From Candidatus Cloacimonadales bacterium (GTDB lineage: Bacteria; Cloacimonadota; Cloacimonadia; Cloacimonadales; JAIOQZ01): DNA of 64,000 nt. The notes beneath the pieces are model-generated. The model had not been told where the DNA came from, searched no databases, and worked only from the letters and a program-made list of their open reading frames with translations. The DNA lies in NCBI GenBank assembly GCA_963665815.1, contig OY762463.1, positions 3,648,001 through 3,712,000 on the forward strand, in the 5' to 3' direction. Shown here piece after piece: positions 10,548 to 20,780 of this stretch; the stretch's first letter is position 1; each line of letters starts with the position of its first letter. The translations under genes were made by a program, and so were the position numbers.

Positions 10548-13253
10548 TCAATTCTCCCGTAGTTTTTCTATCATGGCATCATTATCCGAAGACTTAACCG
10601 GTATAGTTATCTGATAAAGTGTGGAGTTTGCATTATTCAAGTCAACAGAAAAATTTCCTTTATGATTTATAGTAATTATTTTTGATACGGATGTGAATGG
10701 ATTACTGAAATTTTCGAATGAGCTGCACTCAAACTTGTTTTTCATTTTTTCTTTGTAATCTAATAAGAAACTTTGATTCATGTACTCTATTACTGATTGG
10801 GAGCTACATGTTCCGGAATGTTCAATTTCAACATCATAATATGTTTCTTTAAATGATGTTGTGACTTTAAGGTAAGGTGAATCTGTCGAATCCATGTTTT
10901 TAAGATGAGTAAATGTCTCCTTGAAGAGAATCAGAAATACTTCGTTGATCTGATTTGGAAATCCTATTGTAAACGGAATGTTATCGTCCAGAATAGTAGT
11001 TATATTTACAGTACAATCGTACTCTGATTTAGCTAGTAATAAGGCATTCTCCAGTAATTTATTAACATTGTAGTATGTGTAGGTGTCTTTATCCGGTAGT
11101 GATATTTCTTTTACTGCATTTATTACTGTAGATATTCTTTCAACCTCTTCAGTTGTTTCATTTATGGCTTCAGGTATTTCTTTCAACAGTTCCAGAATAT
11201 CCAACTCATTATAGCTTTCAAGTATTTGTCCTATTTCTTTCTGGTTAACAGATTTATTATTTTTGTTAAGCAAAAAATATATGTGTTTAAGGTTTTCTGA
11301 AATATCACTAAAGGCATCTTTTATAAAGCTGGTGTTATTAATAATAATCTGAGCAGGAGTACTGAAGTTGTCAGCAATGTTTTTTACAAGATTCCAGCTT
11401 GTTTCGATTTTCCGGTTTTCAATTATTTTCCCTTCAAGTTTCGCTTTGTCAGAAACATCACGGATTGTAGATACATACATCACAGATTCCTGAATACATA
11501 CTTCAGTTGATTTAACTTCAATATCAAGAAGATTTCTTGTCTTGGTAATGCCGATTGTTCTTGTTGTCTTTGTTTTAGAAGAATACTCGTCTGAGATAGG
11601 TTTATGTTGTATTTTAATATGTTCAGGTTGAAGGTCTGACGTTTTGAGCTGCAGGAGTTCCATTTCTGTGTAGCCAAACATTTCTGAAGCTGCTTTGTTT
11701 GCAGCAACAATTACTGAATCACCGTTTTCTATAAATATTGCTACATCACTTGTGGCAAACAATACATCAAACAGTGAATCATTAAATTTATCTGCTTTCT
11801 CAACTGTTTTTCTGGGAGTAATAAACCTGATATTTGTATGCACAAGATGTTTATCATAGTCAATGATGCATATGCTGACTTCAACGTCTTTATCTTTTCC
11901 AAACCTTGTTATGAAGGTTGTGTCATAACGAGAAAACCCATTTTCTATTGCTTCGCTCAAATGTTTCGAATACAATTTGAGCTTATCAAGTTCATCAATT
12001 GAGTTATGGGTCAATTCGTAATAATCATACTCAAACATTTCAATGGCTTTCTGATTGACATCAATTATTTTCATGTCAAAAGAGTGGATGACAATTGCAT
12101 CATTGGAAAACTGGAATAATGCCCGGAATTTTTCTTCATTAAGCTTCAGTTTGTTTTGTAACTGAATATGGTCTGTTATATCTATGAGAATCCCTATTAT
12201 TCCAGTTTCGTCTGATTCCGGGAATGTAAAAACAGTTTTATGGTTTAATATATTCTTATCAGAGTGCTTGGGTTTTGTAATATCAATTCGATATTTAATA
12301 TCGGAATTAGTTGCCAGAATCTTGTTATCTGAAAGTGTACATTTAGTAGAAAATTCTGCTGGCATCAACTCAAATATTGTACTACCAATAATATTATTCA
12401 TGTCTTTGCCAATGAAATCACAATATTTGTCATTACACATCCTGAAAACGCCATCACCATCTTTGAGGTACATGGGATAGGGAAGAGCATTCAGTATTTC
12501 CTGAAAAAATATTTCTTGATTCTCAATTTTGCTGAGAGTTTCATTATTAGTCTTATTCTTAAATGAAACCATATATAATTTCTTCTCTGAACATCTGATT
12601 CCTGAAATTTTTACTTCTGATTCAATGTTAATAAACTCATTCTTAATTTTTATCTGAGACTCTTTTTTGCTTATATCCAGAGGAAGTAAAATTCCTTTCA
12701 GCTCTTTCTCACTTGTACTGAATGCGTTTTCTGCCATCTTGTTCGAATATTCAATATTTCCGTTTGAATCAATAACAATAACCGGTTCTTTCATATTTGA
12801 AATGATTTCATAAATCCCATGCTGATATTCTTCCAGCTTAGTTTTTAAGTGATTGTTATTACTGTTCAACTCGCGTTTATCCCTGAGAATGTTTATCATA
12901 ACTCTGAATAAAGCAGAACTGACTTCGTTATGAGAAATACACTGAACTTTGACTACTCTGCAAAAATCTATAATACTTTTTTTTATTGATTCCTCATAAA
13001 CAACTATTACTTCATGAGCCCCTGATAACTCCGAGATTTTCCTTAAGACATTTTCTTTAAGAGTTTTTGTACTCTGAAAACTGAAGACCAGTATATCATT
13101 GCTTCTGGTGGTTAATGCGTGGTCAAGAAGATCGTCATTTTGCACCGGAAGAATGCTGTCCCCTTTTTCTGCAGATTGCTTGATTATTTTTTTTATTCTC
13201 TGCAGGGATGATTTATTTGAATCATATACTAAAATATTCAAATTGCTGTTCAT
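10548..13253 (-). CDS. Multi-PAS histidine-kinase-like protein with degenerate catalytic motifs
   Basis: Degenerate N-terminal receiver, about four PAS-like repeats, HisKA-like IADNFSTP, eroded HATPase-like tail. Confidence 0.8.
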   Translation of the reverse strand: MNSNLNILVYDSNKSSLQRIKKIIKQSAEKGDSILPVQNDDLLDHALTTRSNDILVFSFQSTKTLKENVLRKISELSGAHEVIVVYEESIKKSIIDFCRVVKVQCISHNEVSSALFRVMINILRDKRELNSNNNHLKTKLEEYQHGIYEIISNMKEPVIVIDSNGNIEYSNKMAENAFSTSEKELKGILLPLDISKKESQIKIKNEFINIESEVKISGIRCSEKKLYMVSFKNKTNNETLSKIENQEIFFQEILNALPYPMYLKDGDGVFRMCNDKYCDFIGKDMNNIIGSTIFELMPAEFSTKCTLSDNKILATNSDIKYRIDITKPKHSDKNILNHKTVFTFPESDETGIIGILIDITDHIQLQNKLKLNEEKFRALFQFSNDAIVIHSFDMKIIDVNQKAIEMFEYDYYELTHNSIDELDKLKLYSKHLSEAIENGFSRYDTTFITRFGKDKDVEVSICIIDYDKHLVHTNIRFITPRKTVEKADKFNDSLFDVLFATSDVAIFIENGDSVIVAANKAASEMFGYTEMELLQLKTSDLQPEHIKIQHKPISDEYSSKTKTTRTIGITKTRNLLDIEVKSTEVCIQESVMYVSTIRDVSDKAKLEGKIIENRKIETSWNLVKNIADNFSTPAQIIINNTSFIKDAFSDISENLKHIYFLLNKNNKSVNQKEIGQILESYNELDILELLKEIPEAINETTEEVERISTVINAVKEISLPDKDTYTYYNVNKLLENALLLAKSEYDCTVNITTILDDNIPFTIGFPNQINEVFLILFKETFTHLKNMDSTDSPYLKVTTSFKETYYDVEIEHSGTCSSQSVIEYMNQSFLLDYKEKMKNKFECSSFENFSNPFTSVSKIITINHKGNFSVDLNNANSTLYQITIPVKSSDNDAMIEKLREN

Positions 13254-13506
13254 TAAACTCCCTTTTAAAACTCCATTGAATTATACAATATATTATAGTG
13301 AGATTTTGCTTAAGACCTAAATAAAAAAAATGATTAAGTAGATTATTTGGTTATCCTGTTAGAGGACTAAAGTGAAATCAGGATAATTAGAAGGCTTACC
13401 GTTATTGCTGAGAATTTTATCTTTCTGAAGGAAATGAACAATTTTATTGACTCAATTCATATTCAGTAAAAAAGTATAGTACTATAATGAGAAATATGGA
13501 CACAAA

Positions 13507-14823
13507 ATGAAAATACTGGAAAAATATATATTAAGAGAAAACCTGAAGCCCTTTATTGTTTCGCTTCTGGTTATTACATTTGTGCTATTGCTGGATCATT
13601 TAATTGATCTGCTGAATATAATTATTGAGAAGCGACTGAACGGAATGACAATTGTACAGATTCTTGTTTACAGCCTGCCTTTTCTCATGGCTATGTCAGT
13701 GCCCATGTCGGTGTTAACAGCATCAATAATGTCATTCGGCAGGTTATCTGTTGATAATGAGGTGACAGCATTCAAGTCCTGCGGGATAAATGTTTATACT
13801 CTACTAAGACCTACAGTAATAAGTGCAATTCTGCTTTCCATTTTTATGGTTTATTTCAATAATCAGATATTACCAGATTCTAACTACAATCTGAAGCGGC
13901 TCAGAGATAAGATTATTACCCGAAAACCAATTTCAGCATTGAAACCAGGCGTTTTCACAGAGATGGAGCGTTACACCATATACGTAAAATCCCATGATGA
14001 TAAGTATATGAGAGGTATTGTGATTTATGACAGATCTGAAGGAGTTCTTCCTCAGGTTATTACTGCTGAGTACGGTGAGATAAATCTGTTTAATGGTGGT
14101 AACAGCCTTAAAGCCATACTTTACAATGGGGAAATGAGACATACTGACAGACAACATAAAAATCTGGCTCAAGTAAGAACATTCAAGAAATTTACTCTTA
14201 ATCTGCCTGATCTGGGTTTCTCTGATCAAAGTCAATCCAGTACGTTTCGTGGTGATAGAGAATTAAGTTCGGCAGCAATGAGGGAAAAGATTGTTCATAA
14301 AAAGGAACAGATGGGTAAATACGTTAAGAAGTTATCTCGTATTATTAATGAGCATAACACTTTGGCAAATAAAGAGAATCTAACTACTGAAGAGAAAAGA
14401 GAGCAAAAGAAGTTATCAAGGGAAATGAGAACTACAAAAAGCAGAATTTCTGACTTTCAGAGAGGCATAAAAATTTATCAAGTTGAGATTCATAAAAAAT
14501 ATGCAATTGCTTTTGCCTGTCTTGTGTTTGTGCTTGTAGGTGCACCAATTGGAATGATGACGAGAACAAGTGGTGTCGGAATGGCTTTCAGTGTGAGTTC
14601 GGTTGTTTTTCTTATATATTATATATCCCTGTATATGGGAGAGGAATTAGCGGATAGAGGTTATGTTCCACCTTGGATTGCAATGTGGATAGCCAATATT
14701 CTGCTTGGTGTTGTAGGAATTTTCCTGATTATTTTTACTGTAAAGGAATCGAGGTTTATTGATCTTAATAAGTATATCATGAAAGTTGTAAATATCTTTA
14801 AAAGGAAAAAGCATGCTGCATAA
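13507..14823 (+). CDS. LptF/LptG-family LPS export permease
   Basis: ILEKYILRE start, GRLSVDNEVTAFKSCG, EIHKKYAIAFACL; 3+3 transmembrane layout. Confidence 0.9.
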   Translation: MKILEKYILRENLKPFIVSLLVITFVLLLDHLIDLLNIIIEKRLNGMTIVQILVYSLPFLMAMSVPMSVLTASIMSFGRLSVDNEVTAFKSCGINVYTLLRPTVISAILLSIFMVYFNNQILPDSNYNLKRLRDKIITRKPISALKPGVFTEMERYTIYVKSHDDKYMRGIVIYDRSEGVLPQVITAEYGEINLFNGGNSLKAILYNGEMRHTDRQHKNLAQVRTFKKFTLNLPDLGFSDQSQSSTFRGDRELSSAAMREKIVHKKEQMGKYVKKLSRIINEHNTLANKENLTTEEKREQKKLSREMRTTKSRISDFQRGIKIYQVEIHKKYAIAFACLVFVLVGAPIGMMTRTSGVGMAFSVSSVVFLIYYISLYMGEELADRGYVPPWIAMWIANILLGVVGIFLIIFTVKESRFIDLNKYIMKVVNIFKRKKHAA

Positions 14824-15403
14824 ATATCTTAAACGGAAAAAGATAGTTCTGGCTTCCGCATCACCGAGAAGAAAACATATATTCGATATGGTTGGTATCA
14901 AATCTTTACAGAAACCTGCTGATGTCGACGAAACAATACATACAACTAATCCCCGTAAATTAGTTCTGGATCATGCTTCGGCGAAAGCTCGGGCTATTGG
15001 GGATATGCTGGATCAGGATTGTCTGGTTGTTGGCTCTGACACGATTGTATATCATGATGGAAAAATACTTGGAAAACCTGAGGATGTTCAGTCAGCACAG
15101 GAGTATCTGCAGAAGTTGTCGGGGGATTCACACTCAGTATATACAGGTGTATGTATTATTTACAGAAACCGTGAATATAAAGATTATGCCCGTACAAAGG
15201 TGAAGTTTCAAGTATTGAGTGATAAAGAGATTTCTGATTACATCATGACTCATGAACCTTTCGATAAAGCCGGTGCATACGGCATTCAGGGTTTTGGCGG
15301 TCAGTTCATAGAATCCATTTCAGGATGCTACTTCAATGTTATGGGATTCCCAATTTCTCTTTTCTATAAAATGATTAAAGATATTTTTGATAAGAATGAG
15401 TGA
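14813..15403 (+). CDS. maf: Maf-family nucleoside triphosphate pyrophosphatase
   Basis: LASASPRR, GSDTIV, ILGKP, DKAGAYGIQ, NVMGFP. Confidence 0.95.
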   Translation: MLHKYLKRKKIVLASASPRRKHIFDMVGIKSLQKPADVDETIHTTNPRKLVLDHASAKARAIGDMLDQDCLVVGSDTIVYHDGKILGKPEDVQSAQEYLQKLSGDSHSVYTGVCIIYRNREYKDYARTKVKFQVLSDKEISDYIMTHEPFDKAGAYGIQGFGGQFIESISGCYFNVMGFPISLFYKMIKDIFDKNE

Positions 15404-16872
15404 TGAAAATACTATTTTACAACGCTTTTGTTTATACAGGACAAGAGAAATACACTATTCATGCTTTAGTAGTTGAGAATGGTGTTATAACCGAATTGTT
15501 CGAAGCTAAACCTTTTTTAACAGATGTCAAAGAAATAAATCTGGATGGAAAATATGTTTATCCCGGATTTACAGACACACATACACATTCGTTTGAAGGT
15601 GGACTCTACAGCCTTTGTGCGGATACTTACAATTGTTCAACAATTAGTGAAGCTCTTGATGTTCTGTCCCAGGTGGAACCTGTAGGGGGAATGGTTTTCG
15701 GATGGAGATTTGACGAGAACAGAATAACTGAAAAAAGATTTCCAACTCTGTCTGAACTTGATAAATTGTATCCGGATATTCCTATTATCCTGAGAAGGAT
15801 TGATGGACACTCTGCAGTTATAAATTCCTGTGCAATGAAGAGAATTGGCAGGGATATCAAGCATGAAAACGGATTAGTAAGAAAAGAGTACAATGATGTT
15901 GCTGCTCACTGGTTTCATAGAAATATCTCAGAAAATGGCGTTTTTGCTGCCTATGCCAAAGCTGCGGAAATAGCTCTCAGGGGAGGATTTACATGTATTC
16001 ATACAATGGCAGGAGATGCGGATTACGATTTATTGACTTATCCGGTATTAAAGAATAATCTTAACAGATTCCCTGTAGAATTTGTGCCTTATCCACAAAT
16101 GTTTGATATTGATAAAGCTGTGAATTTCGAATCAGGAAGAATCGGGGGGTGTATACTGGCGGATGGCTCTTTTGGCTCTTATACTGCAGCTCTGAATTCT
16201 CCGTATTCTAACACTGACATCAGGGGAATTCTATATCAGACTGATGAATTCTGGGAGAAATTTGTTGCACAAGCTCATGAGAGAAATCTGCAGATTGCTG
16301 TTCATGCAATAGGTGACAGGGCCACGGAACAAATAATTAATGCAGTTGAAAAAGCTCAATTGAAGAAAGAAAAAGATCTCAGGCATGAACTTATACATAA
16401 CGAGCTGATCACTGATCGTAATATTGACAGGATGAAAAAACTGGGCATGAGTGCGGTAATGCAGCCGATGTTTGACAGATTATGGGGCGGCAGGAATCAG
16501 TTCTACTCTAGAGTACTTGGTGTTGAGAGAGCCTGGAAGACAAACAGGTTTAAAACCATTTATGATAAAGGAGTTTTACTTACGGGTGGATCAGATTGGT
16601 ATATTACAGAACTGGATGTTATACAACAACTTTATGCTGTTACACATACTCATAATCCAGCACAAAGTCTGTCTGCTTCTGAAGCAATAAAAATATACAC
16701 TGAGAATGCGGCAAAACTTAACTTTGAAGAAGATAAAAAGGGAAAAATTGCAGTAGGCTATATTGCTGATTTCTCTGTTGCAGATTCCGATTTACTGGAT
16801 GTAGATAGAATCAGGGAAGCTTCAATAACAGATGTGATCAGGTCAGGGAAAATAGAATATCATGCTGAATAA
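15400..16872 (+). CDS. Amidohydrolase 3 (YtcJ-like)
   Basis: PGFTDTHTH, DGSFGS, HAIGD, GSDW, GKIAVGYIADF. Confidence 0.88.
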   Translation: MMKILFYNAFVYTGQEKYTIHALVVENGVITELFEAKPFLTDVKEINLDGKYVYPGFTDTHTHSFEGGLYSLCADTYNCSTISEALDVLSQVEPVGGMVFGWRFDENRITEKRFPTLSELDKLYPDIPIILRRIDGHSAVINSCAMKRIGRDIKHENGLVRKEYNDVAAHWFHRNISENGVFAAYAKAAEIALRGGFTCIHTMAGDADYDLLTYPVLKNNLNRFPVEFVPYPQMFDIDKAVNFESGRIGGCILADGSFGSYTAALNSPYSNTDIRGILYQTDEFWEKFVAQAHERNLQIAVHAIGDRATEQIINAVEKAQLKKEKDLRHELIHNELITDRNIDRMKKLGMSAVMQPMFDRLWGGRNQFYSRVLGVERAWKTNRFKTIYDKGVLLTGGSDWYITELDVIQQLYAVTHTHNPAQSLSASEAIKIYTENAAKLNFEEDKKGKIAVGYIADFSVADSDLLDVDRIREASITDVIRSGKIEYHAE

Positions 16873-17401
16873 AGAATTTGTTGAATTGCTTGTTGGTGAG
16901 AAGAAAATGTATCCACAGGCACAATTAATTGATTACTTTAAAGTGATATTTCAGGCTTGCTATGGTCCCGGGCATGGGATCTCTAACTATTCTGCTGCCA
17001 GAGAATATTATCTTAATGAATTTGCATTGTTAGATAGTGATCAGAGTGAGCAAAATTGCATGATTCAGGATCTAAGTTATCCTAATGGTTTTTATCGAGT
17101 GAATCTTGCTGCAGTCAAACAAGAACTGATAAGCAGGGATGAATTGTTTGAAGGCTTTGTTCATAGTTCAAAGATAAAGTGTGATAGCTGTCAGTTCGAT
17201 CAACTTTGGGCGAAAGCTGTCAGGTTTGTTGTCGAGGAGTTGGGAATTAATGAGGATAAGGATTCTCTTGAATCTATTACTCGGTTTTTCACATCAGGAT
17301 CATTCCCGAGTCATTCAAACTTTTATAGGAAGCACTATTCTCCTCATTACAGGCTTCTGTACAGGGAATTTATTCCTGAAAGACTGCTTCGATTGTTATA
17401 G
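16862..17401 (+). CDS. Hypothetical protein overlapping the end of the amidohydrolase gene
   Basis: 179-aa ORF overlapping the upstream stop; motifs FQACYGPGH and HSNFYRKHYSPHYR. Confidence 0.7.
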   Translation: MLNKEFVELLVGEKKMYPQAQLIDYFKVIFQACYGPGHGISNYSAAREYYLNEFALLDSDQSEQNCMIQDLSYPNGFYRVNLAAVKQELISRDELFEGFVHSSKIKCDSCQFDQLWAKAVRFVVEELGINEDKDSLESITRFFTSGSFPSHSNFYRKHYSPHYRLLYREFIPERLLRLL

Positions 17402-18733
17402 TGTTCTCTCAAGAAAAATCTTTAAGTCATCTATTGCCCGTTCAGCCATTTTAGTTTTTTTCAACTTTTTATCTCTGATTCTTTCCGGTAATGCAGGCAA
17501 AAGCCCAAAATTAGCATTCATTGGCTGATAGTTTTTCGATTCAGTAATCAGGTGTTTCCATAATTTACCGCTGATAGTTGTCTCGGGAAGTATAGTCAGT
17601 TTGTCGGAGATAGTAAATGCTGTTAGCATCCCGCTGAGAATGGATTCAATGTAGCCTTCCACACCTGCAAGCTGACCCGCAATATACAGATTCGGGCTAT
17701 TCTTGAATGAGAAATCAGTATTAATCAGTTCAGGAGAATTAATGTATGAGTTTCTGTGAATTGATCCGTAGCGAACAATAACAGCGTTTTCAAGACCGGG
17801 AATCATACGAATTACTTCTTTCTGTGATTTCTGTTTCATCATTGTCTGGCATCCAACAAGGTTGTAAGCAGTTTTATCATTGTTCTCTGCTCTTAACTGA
17901 ATTACTGCATAAGGTCTTTTGTCTGTATCAGGTAAGTTAAGTCCAACTGGACGCATTACACCATACCGTAACGTATCTATGTTCCTTCTTGCCAGTTCTT
18001 CAATAGGAATGCAGCTTTCATAATAGCGGAAATCAATGTTCTCAAAGAAATCATTTTCGAATTCCTTACTTTGATATTTTTCGCTTTCTCTCAGAGCATC
18101 CACGAAATTTTCATATTGCTCTTTTGTGAATGGACAGTTTATGTAATCTGATTCACCTTTATCATATCTGGATTTGCTGTAGCAAGTATCCATATTTATA
18201 GATTCAGCAGAAACAATTGGAGCAATAGCGTCGAAGAAATAAAGCTGGTTTTCTCCGATCAAACTCATGAGACTTTCAGTAATAGAATCTGATGATAATG
18301 GACCTGTTGCAAGAATACACTTAGAGGAAGGGAGTGATTTGACTTCTTCTCGAATCAAGTTTATTGATGGATGTGATTCGATAGCTGAAGTTACAGCATC
18401 AGCAAATTTATCTCTGTCAACTGCCAGTGCATTTCCTGCCGGAACAGAACATGATTCAGCAATGGGAAGAAGCTTGCAACCGAGTAATCTCATCTCTTCC
18501 TTAAGAAGCCCTGAAGCCGTACTGATTAACATGGACTTCAGTGAGTTACTACAGACTATTTCCGCAAGCTTATCTGTGTTGTGTGCAGGTGTTTTTGCAA
18601 CCGGTCTCATTTCGTATAAATTTACATCCCAGCCTTTATCGGCAAGCTGCAGGGCTGCTTCGGTTCCAGCAAGCCCACCTCCGATAATAGTTATCTTTTT
18701 AATGTTTGCATTCATTTTCTGAGTTTCTTTCAT
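17396..18733 (-). CDS. trmFO: FAD/folate-dependent tRNA m5U54 methyltransferase
   Basis: IIGGGLAGTEAA, EIVCSNS, FFDAIAP, YGSIHRN, AGQLAGVEGY, QPMNANFG. Confidence 0.95.
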   Translation of the reverse strand: MKETQKMNANIKKITIIGGGLAGTEAALQLADKGWDVNLYEMRPVAKTPAHNTDKLAEIVCSNSLKSMLISTASGLLKEEMRLLGCKLLPIAESCSVPAGNALAVDRDKFADAVTSAIESHPSINLIREEVKSLPSSKCILATGPLSSDSITESLMSLIGENQLYFFDAIAPIVSAESINMDTCYSKSRYDKGESDYINCPFTKEQYENFVDALRESEKYQSKEFENDFFENIDFRYYESCIPIEELARRNIDTLRYGVMRPVGLNLPDTDKRPYAVIQLRAENNDKTAYNLVGCQTMMKQKSQKEVIRMIPGLENAVIVRYGSIHRNSYINSPELINTDFSFKNSPNLYIAGQLAGVEGYIESILSGMLTAFTISDKLTILPETTISGKLWKHLITESKNYQPMNANFGLLPALPERIRDKKLKKTKMAERAIDDLKIFLERTL

Positions 18734-18817
18734 TATAATCTGACTCCATTAAGATTGGATACTTGACATTTTTTTATATGATTAAATCTTGTAAACAAAA
18801 AGCTGACGGGAGCAGTA

Positions 18818-19795
18818 ATGAAAAAGAGAATTCTCATAATAACAACAGGTGGAACCATTGCCATGAATTACGATATGAGTAAGGGAATGGTGCCTTCAGA
18901 CGATCTGGTTGGTTTTCTTCAATCTTTTCCTCAATTAAAAGAAATAGCAGATATTGAGGTTTTTGAATTTTCAAATGTGCCAAGTCCGTTTATGACCCCG
19001 GAGACAATGTTTAAGCTGGCAAAACTGGTAGATCTTAAAATCGTTGATTATGATGGAGTTGTTATTACTCATGGTACAGATACCCTTGAGGAAACATCTT
19101 ATATGCTTGATCTTGTTCTTACAACGAGAAAACCGGTAATAATAACTGCTGCAATGAGAGCAGGGCAGGATCTTGGACTTGACGGCCCCAGAAACATTGT
19201 AGGAGCAGTGAGGGTTGCATGTCATCAGAATTCTATTGATAAAGGTGTTCTGGTTGTAATGTATGATGAAATTCTCCCTGCAAGAGATGTTGTTAAAACA
19301 GATACCGGTAAGCTGGATTCATTTGAATGTGTAGATTATGGAATTCTTGGAATCGTGGATCCTGACAGAATAGTGTATCACCGTCAGATGATGAAGAGAG
19401 ATTGTGTCTGGACAGATAAAATTGATATAGACGTTGATCTTATAAAGGTTGTTTCAGGGATGACTGATGATTATATCAGGACATCAATGGCGCGAAATGT
19501 AAAGGCTATCGTTATTGAAGCTTTTGGAAGAGGAAATGTCCCTCCCGGATTAGTACCGGCAATTAAAGATGCAATCAATGAAGGCATCATGATTGTAATT
19601 GTTTCCAAAGCTCATTCCGGTCGTGTTCTGCCTGAATATGGTTATGAAGGTGGAGGAAGGTCTCTTCTGGAAGCCGGTGCAATTATGGGAGGGGATATGA
19701 GAGGTCACAAAGCCAGAATAAAATTGATGACTCTTCTCGGGAAATATGGTGATCCCGCTATTGTGCGAAAGTTCTTTGTGAATTCTTTGTCATAA
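18818..19795 (+). CDS. L-asparaginase
   Basis: TTGGTIAM and HGTDTLEET signatures, FGRGN. Confidence 0.93.
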   Translation: MKKRILIITTGGTIAMNYDMSKGMVPSDDLVGFLQSFPQLKEIADIEVFEFSNVPSPFMTPETMFKLAKLVDLKIVDYDGVVITHGTDTLEETSYMLDLVLTTRKPVIITAAMRAGQDLGLDGPRNIVGAVRVACHQNSIDKGVLVVMYDEILPARDVVKTDTGKLDSFECVDYGILGIVDPDRIVYHRQMMKRDCVWTDKIDIDVDLIKVVSGMTDDYIRTSMARNVKAIVIEAFGRGNVPPGLVPAIKDAINEGIMIVIVSKAHSGRVLPEYGYEGGGRSLLEAGAIMGGDMRGHKARIKLMTLLGKYGDPAIVRKFFVNSLS

Positions 19796-19932
19796 GTGAT
19801 CAAGCAACTGAAATAAATGCATTGCTGAATTATCCTCATAAATAATTCTGATTATAAATAAAAATTTTCTTATAGACAATTATTGATAATTATGCTTGGT
19901 TTGTCGCAAAGAAGAAATCACAAGGAGGAAAA

Positions 19933-20352
19933 ATGAAGTTTTCAGCAATCTTACTATTTGTTATTTCAGTTCTATTATTAACCGGATGCGGTCCTAAAGA
20001 ATTTGTAGGAGAAACAATTGAGCACAGTCTTGCTAAGGAAAGAGTTTTCAGTTTGATTAAAGACTGGTGCGAAGTTAATAATTCTGCTCAATTAGGCAGA
20101 CAAATCAAAATAACTGAAGAAGAAGAAGGTAAAGGTACTCTTAAAGCGGAGTTTAAGTATATTTATCAGACTGCAACAGAAAAAGTTACAGTTTATTTTT
20201 ACATGTCAGTCAAGGTAAAGGAAGATACAGTTGAAATATCAATGAGTTTACCAAAGAGAAAATCAAACAGAGGAATTCCTGATCAGCTTCAAACTGAGAT
20301 TGAAGACACAATTTCCAGAGTTCCGGGCAATATTGGTTCTACTCTGAACTAA
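19933..20352 (+). CDS. Hypothetical lipoprotein
   Basis: AAGGAGG RBS; lipobox LLTGC; own terminator. Confidence 0.8.
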   Translation: MKFSAILLFVISVLLLTGCGPKEFVGETIEHSLAKERVFSLIKDWCEVNNSAQLGRQIKITEEEEGKGTLKAEFKYIYQTATEKVTVYFYMSVKVKEDTVEISMSLPKRKSNRGIPDQLQTEIEDTISRVPGNIGSTLN

Positions 20353-20376
20353 TTGAATATTCCGATTAAATTTTAC

Positions 20377-20406
20377 AAACCTGCTGTTTCCCGGCAGGTT
20401 TTTTTT
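20377..20406 (+). terminator. Intrinsic terminator
   Basis: AAACCTGCTG-TTTCC-CGGCAGGTTT followed by a T tract. Confidence 0.85.
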
Positions 20407-20566
20407 ATTCATTATTCTGAATCTACTTGATTTTGCTTTTTTGTAATAATTTCGAATACAACGATTTATACATTTCTGTTACAATTTGTTTTTTTTATCT
20501 AAACATATTCATGGTTTCGACGATATATATTGTGCATGGATGCAAATTAATTTCAAGGAGGAAATG

Positions 20567-20716
20567 ATGGAAAGCCTACGACCTATTACAGATGTGGCAT
20601 TGTCTAATGTTACGACGTTGGTTGATCAGTTGAAAAGAACGGTTTTAAAAAATAAAGTTGAAGCCGTTCATGCTCAGGTCTTAAAAATTCCAGATCGTGT
20701 TAACGGCTTCAAATGA
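20567..20716 (+). CDS. Small protein (49 aa), unknown function
   Basis: AAGGAGG at 20555-20561 lies 5 nt before ATG 20567; a perfect hairpin follows the stop. Confidence 0.55.
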   Translation: MESLRPITDVALSNVTTLVDQLKRTVLKNKVEAVHAQVLKIPDRVNGFK

Positions 20717-20736
20717 TCATTTCCAATCAAACTGCA

Positions 20737-20780
20737 AGGATGTTCAGTACTATTTTGTTACTGAACATCCTCACTTTTTT
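20737..20780. terminator. Terminator hairpin between convergent genes
   Basis: Perfect 13-bp stem AGGATGTTCAGTA/TACTGAACATCCT with a downstream T tract on the plus strand. Confidence 0.8.

Noticed and set aside
18267..18722. 151-aa plus-strand ORF
   Set aside because: Antisense shadow of trmFO; the same applies to other antisense ORFs such as 51261-51689, 32663-33091 and 62913-63317.
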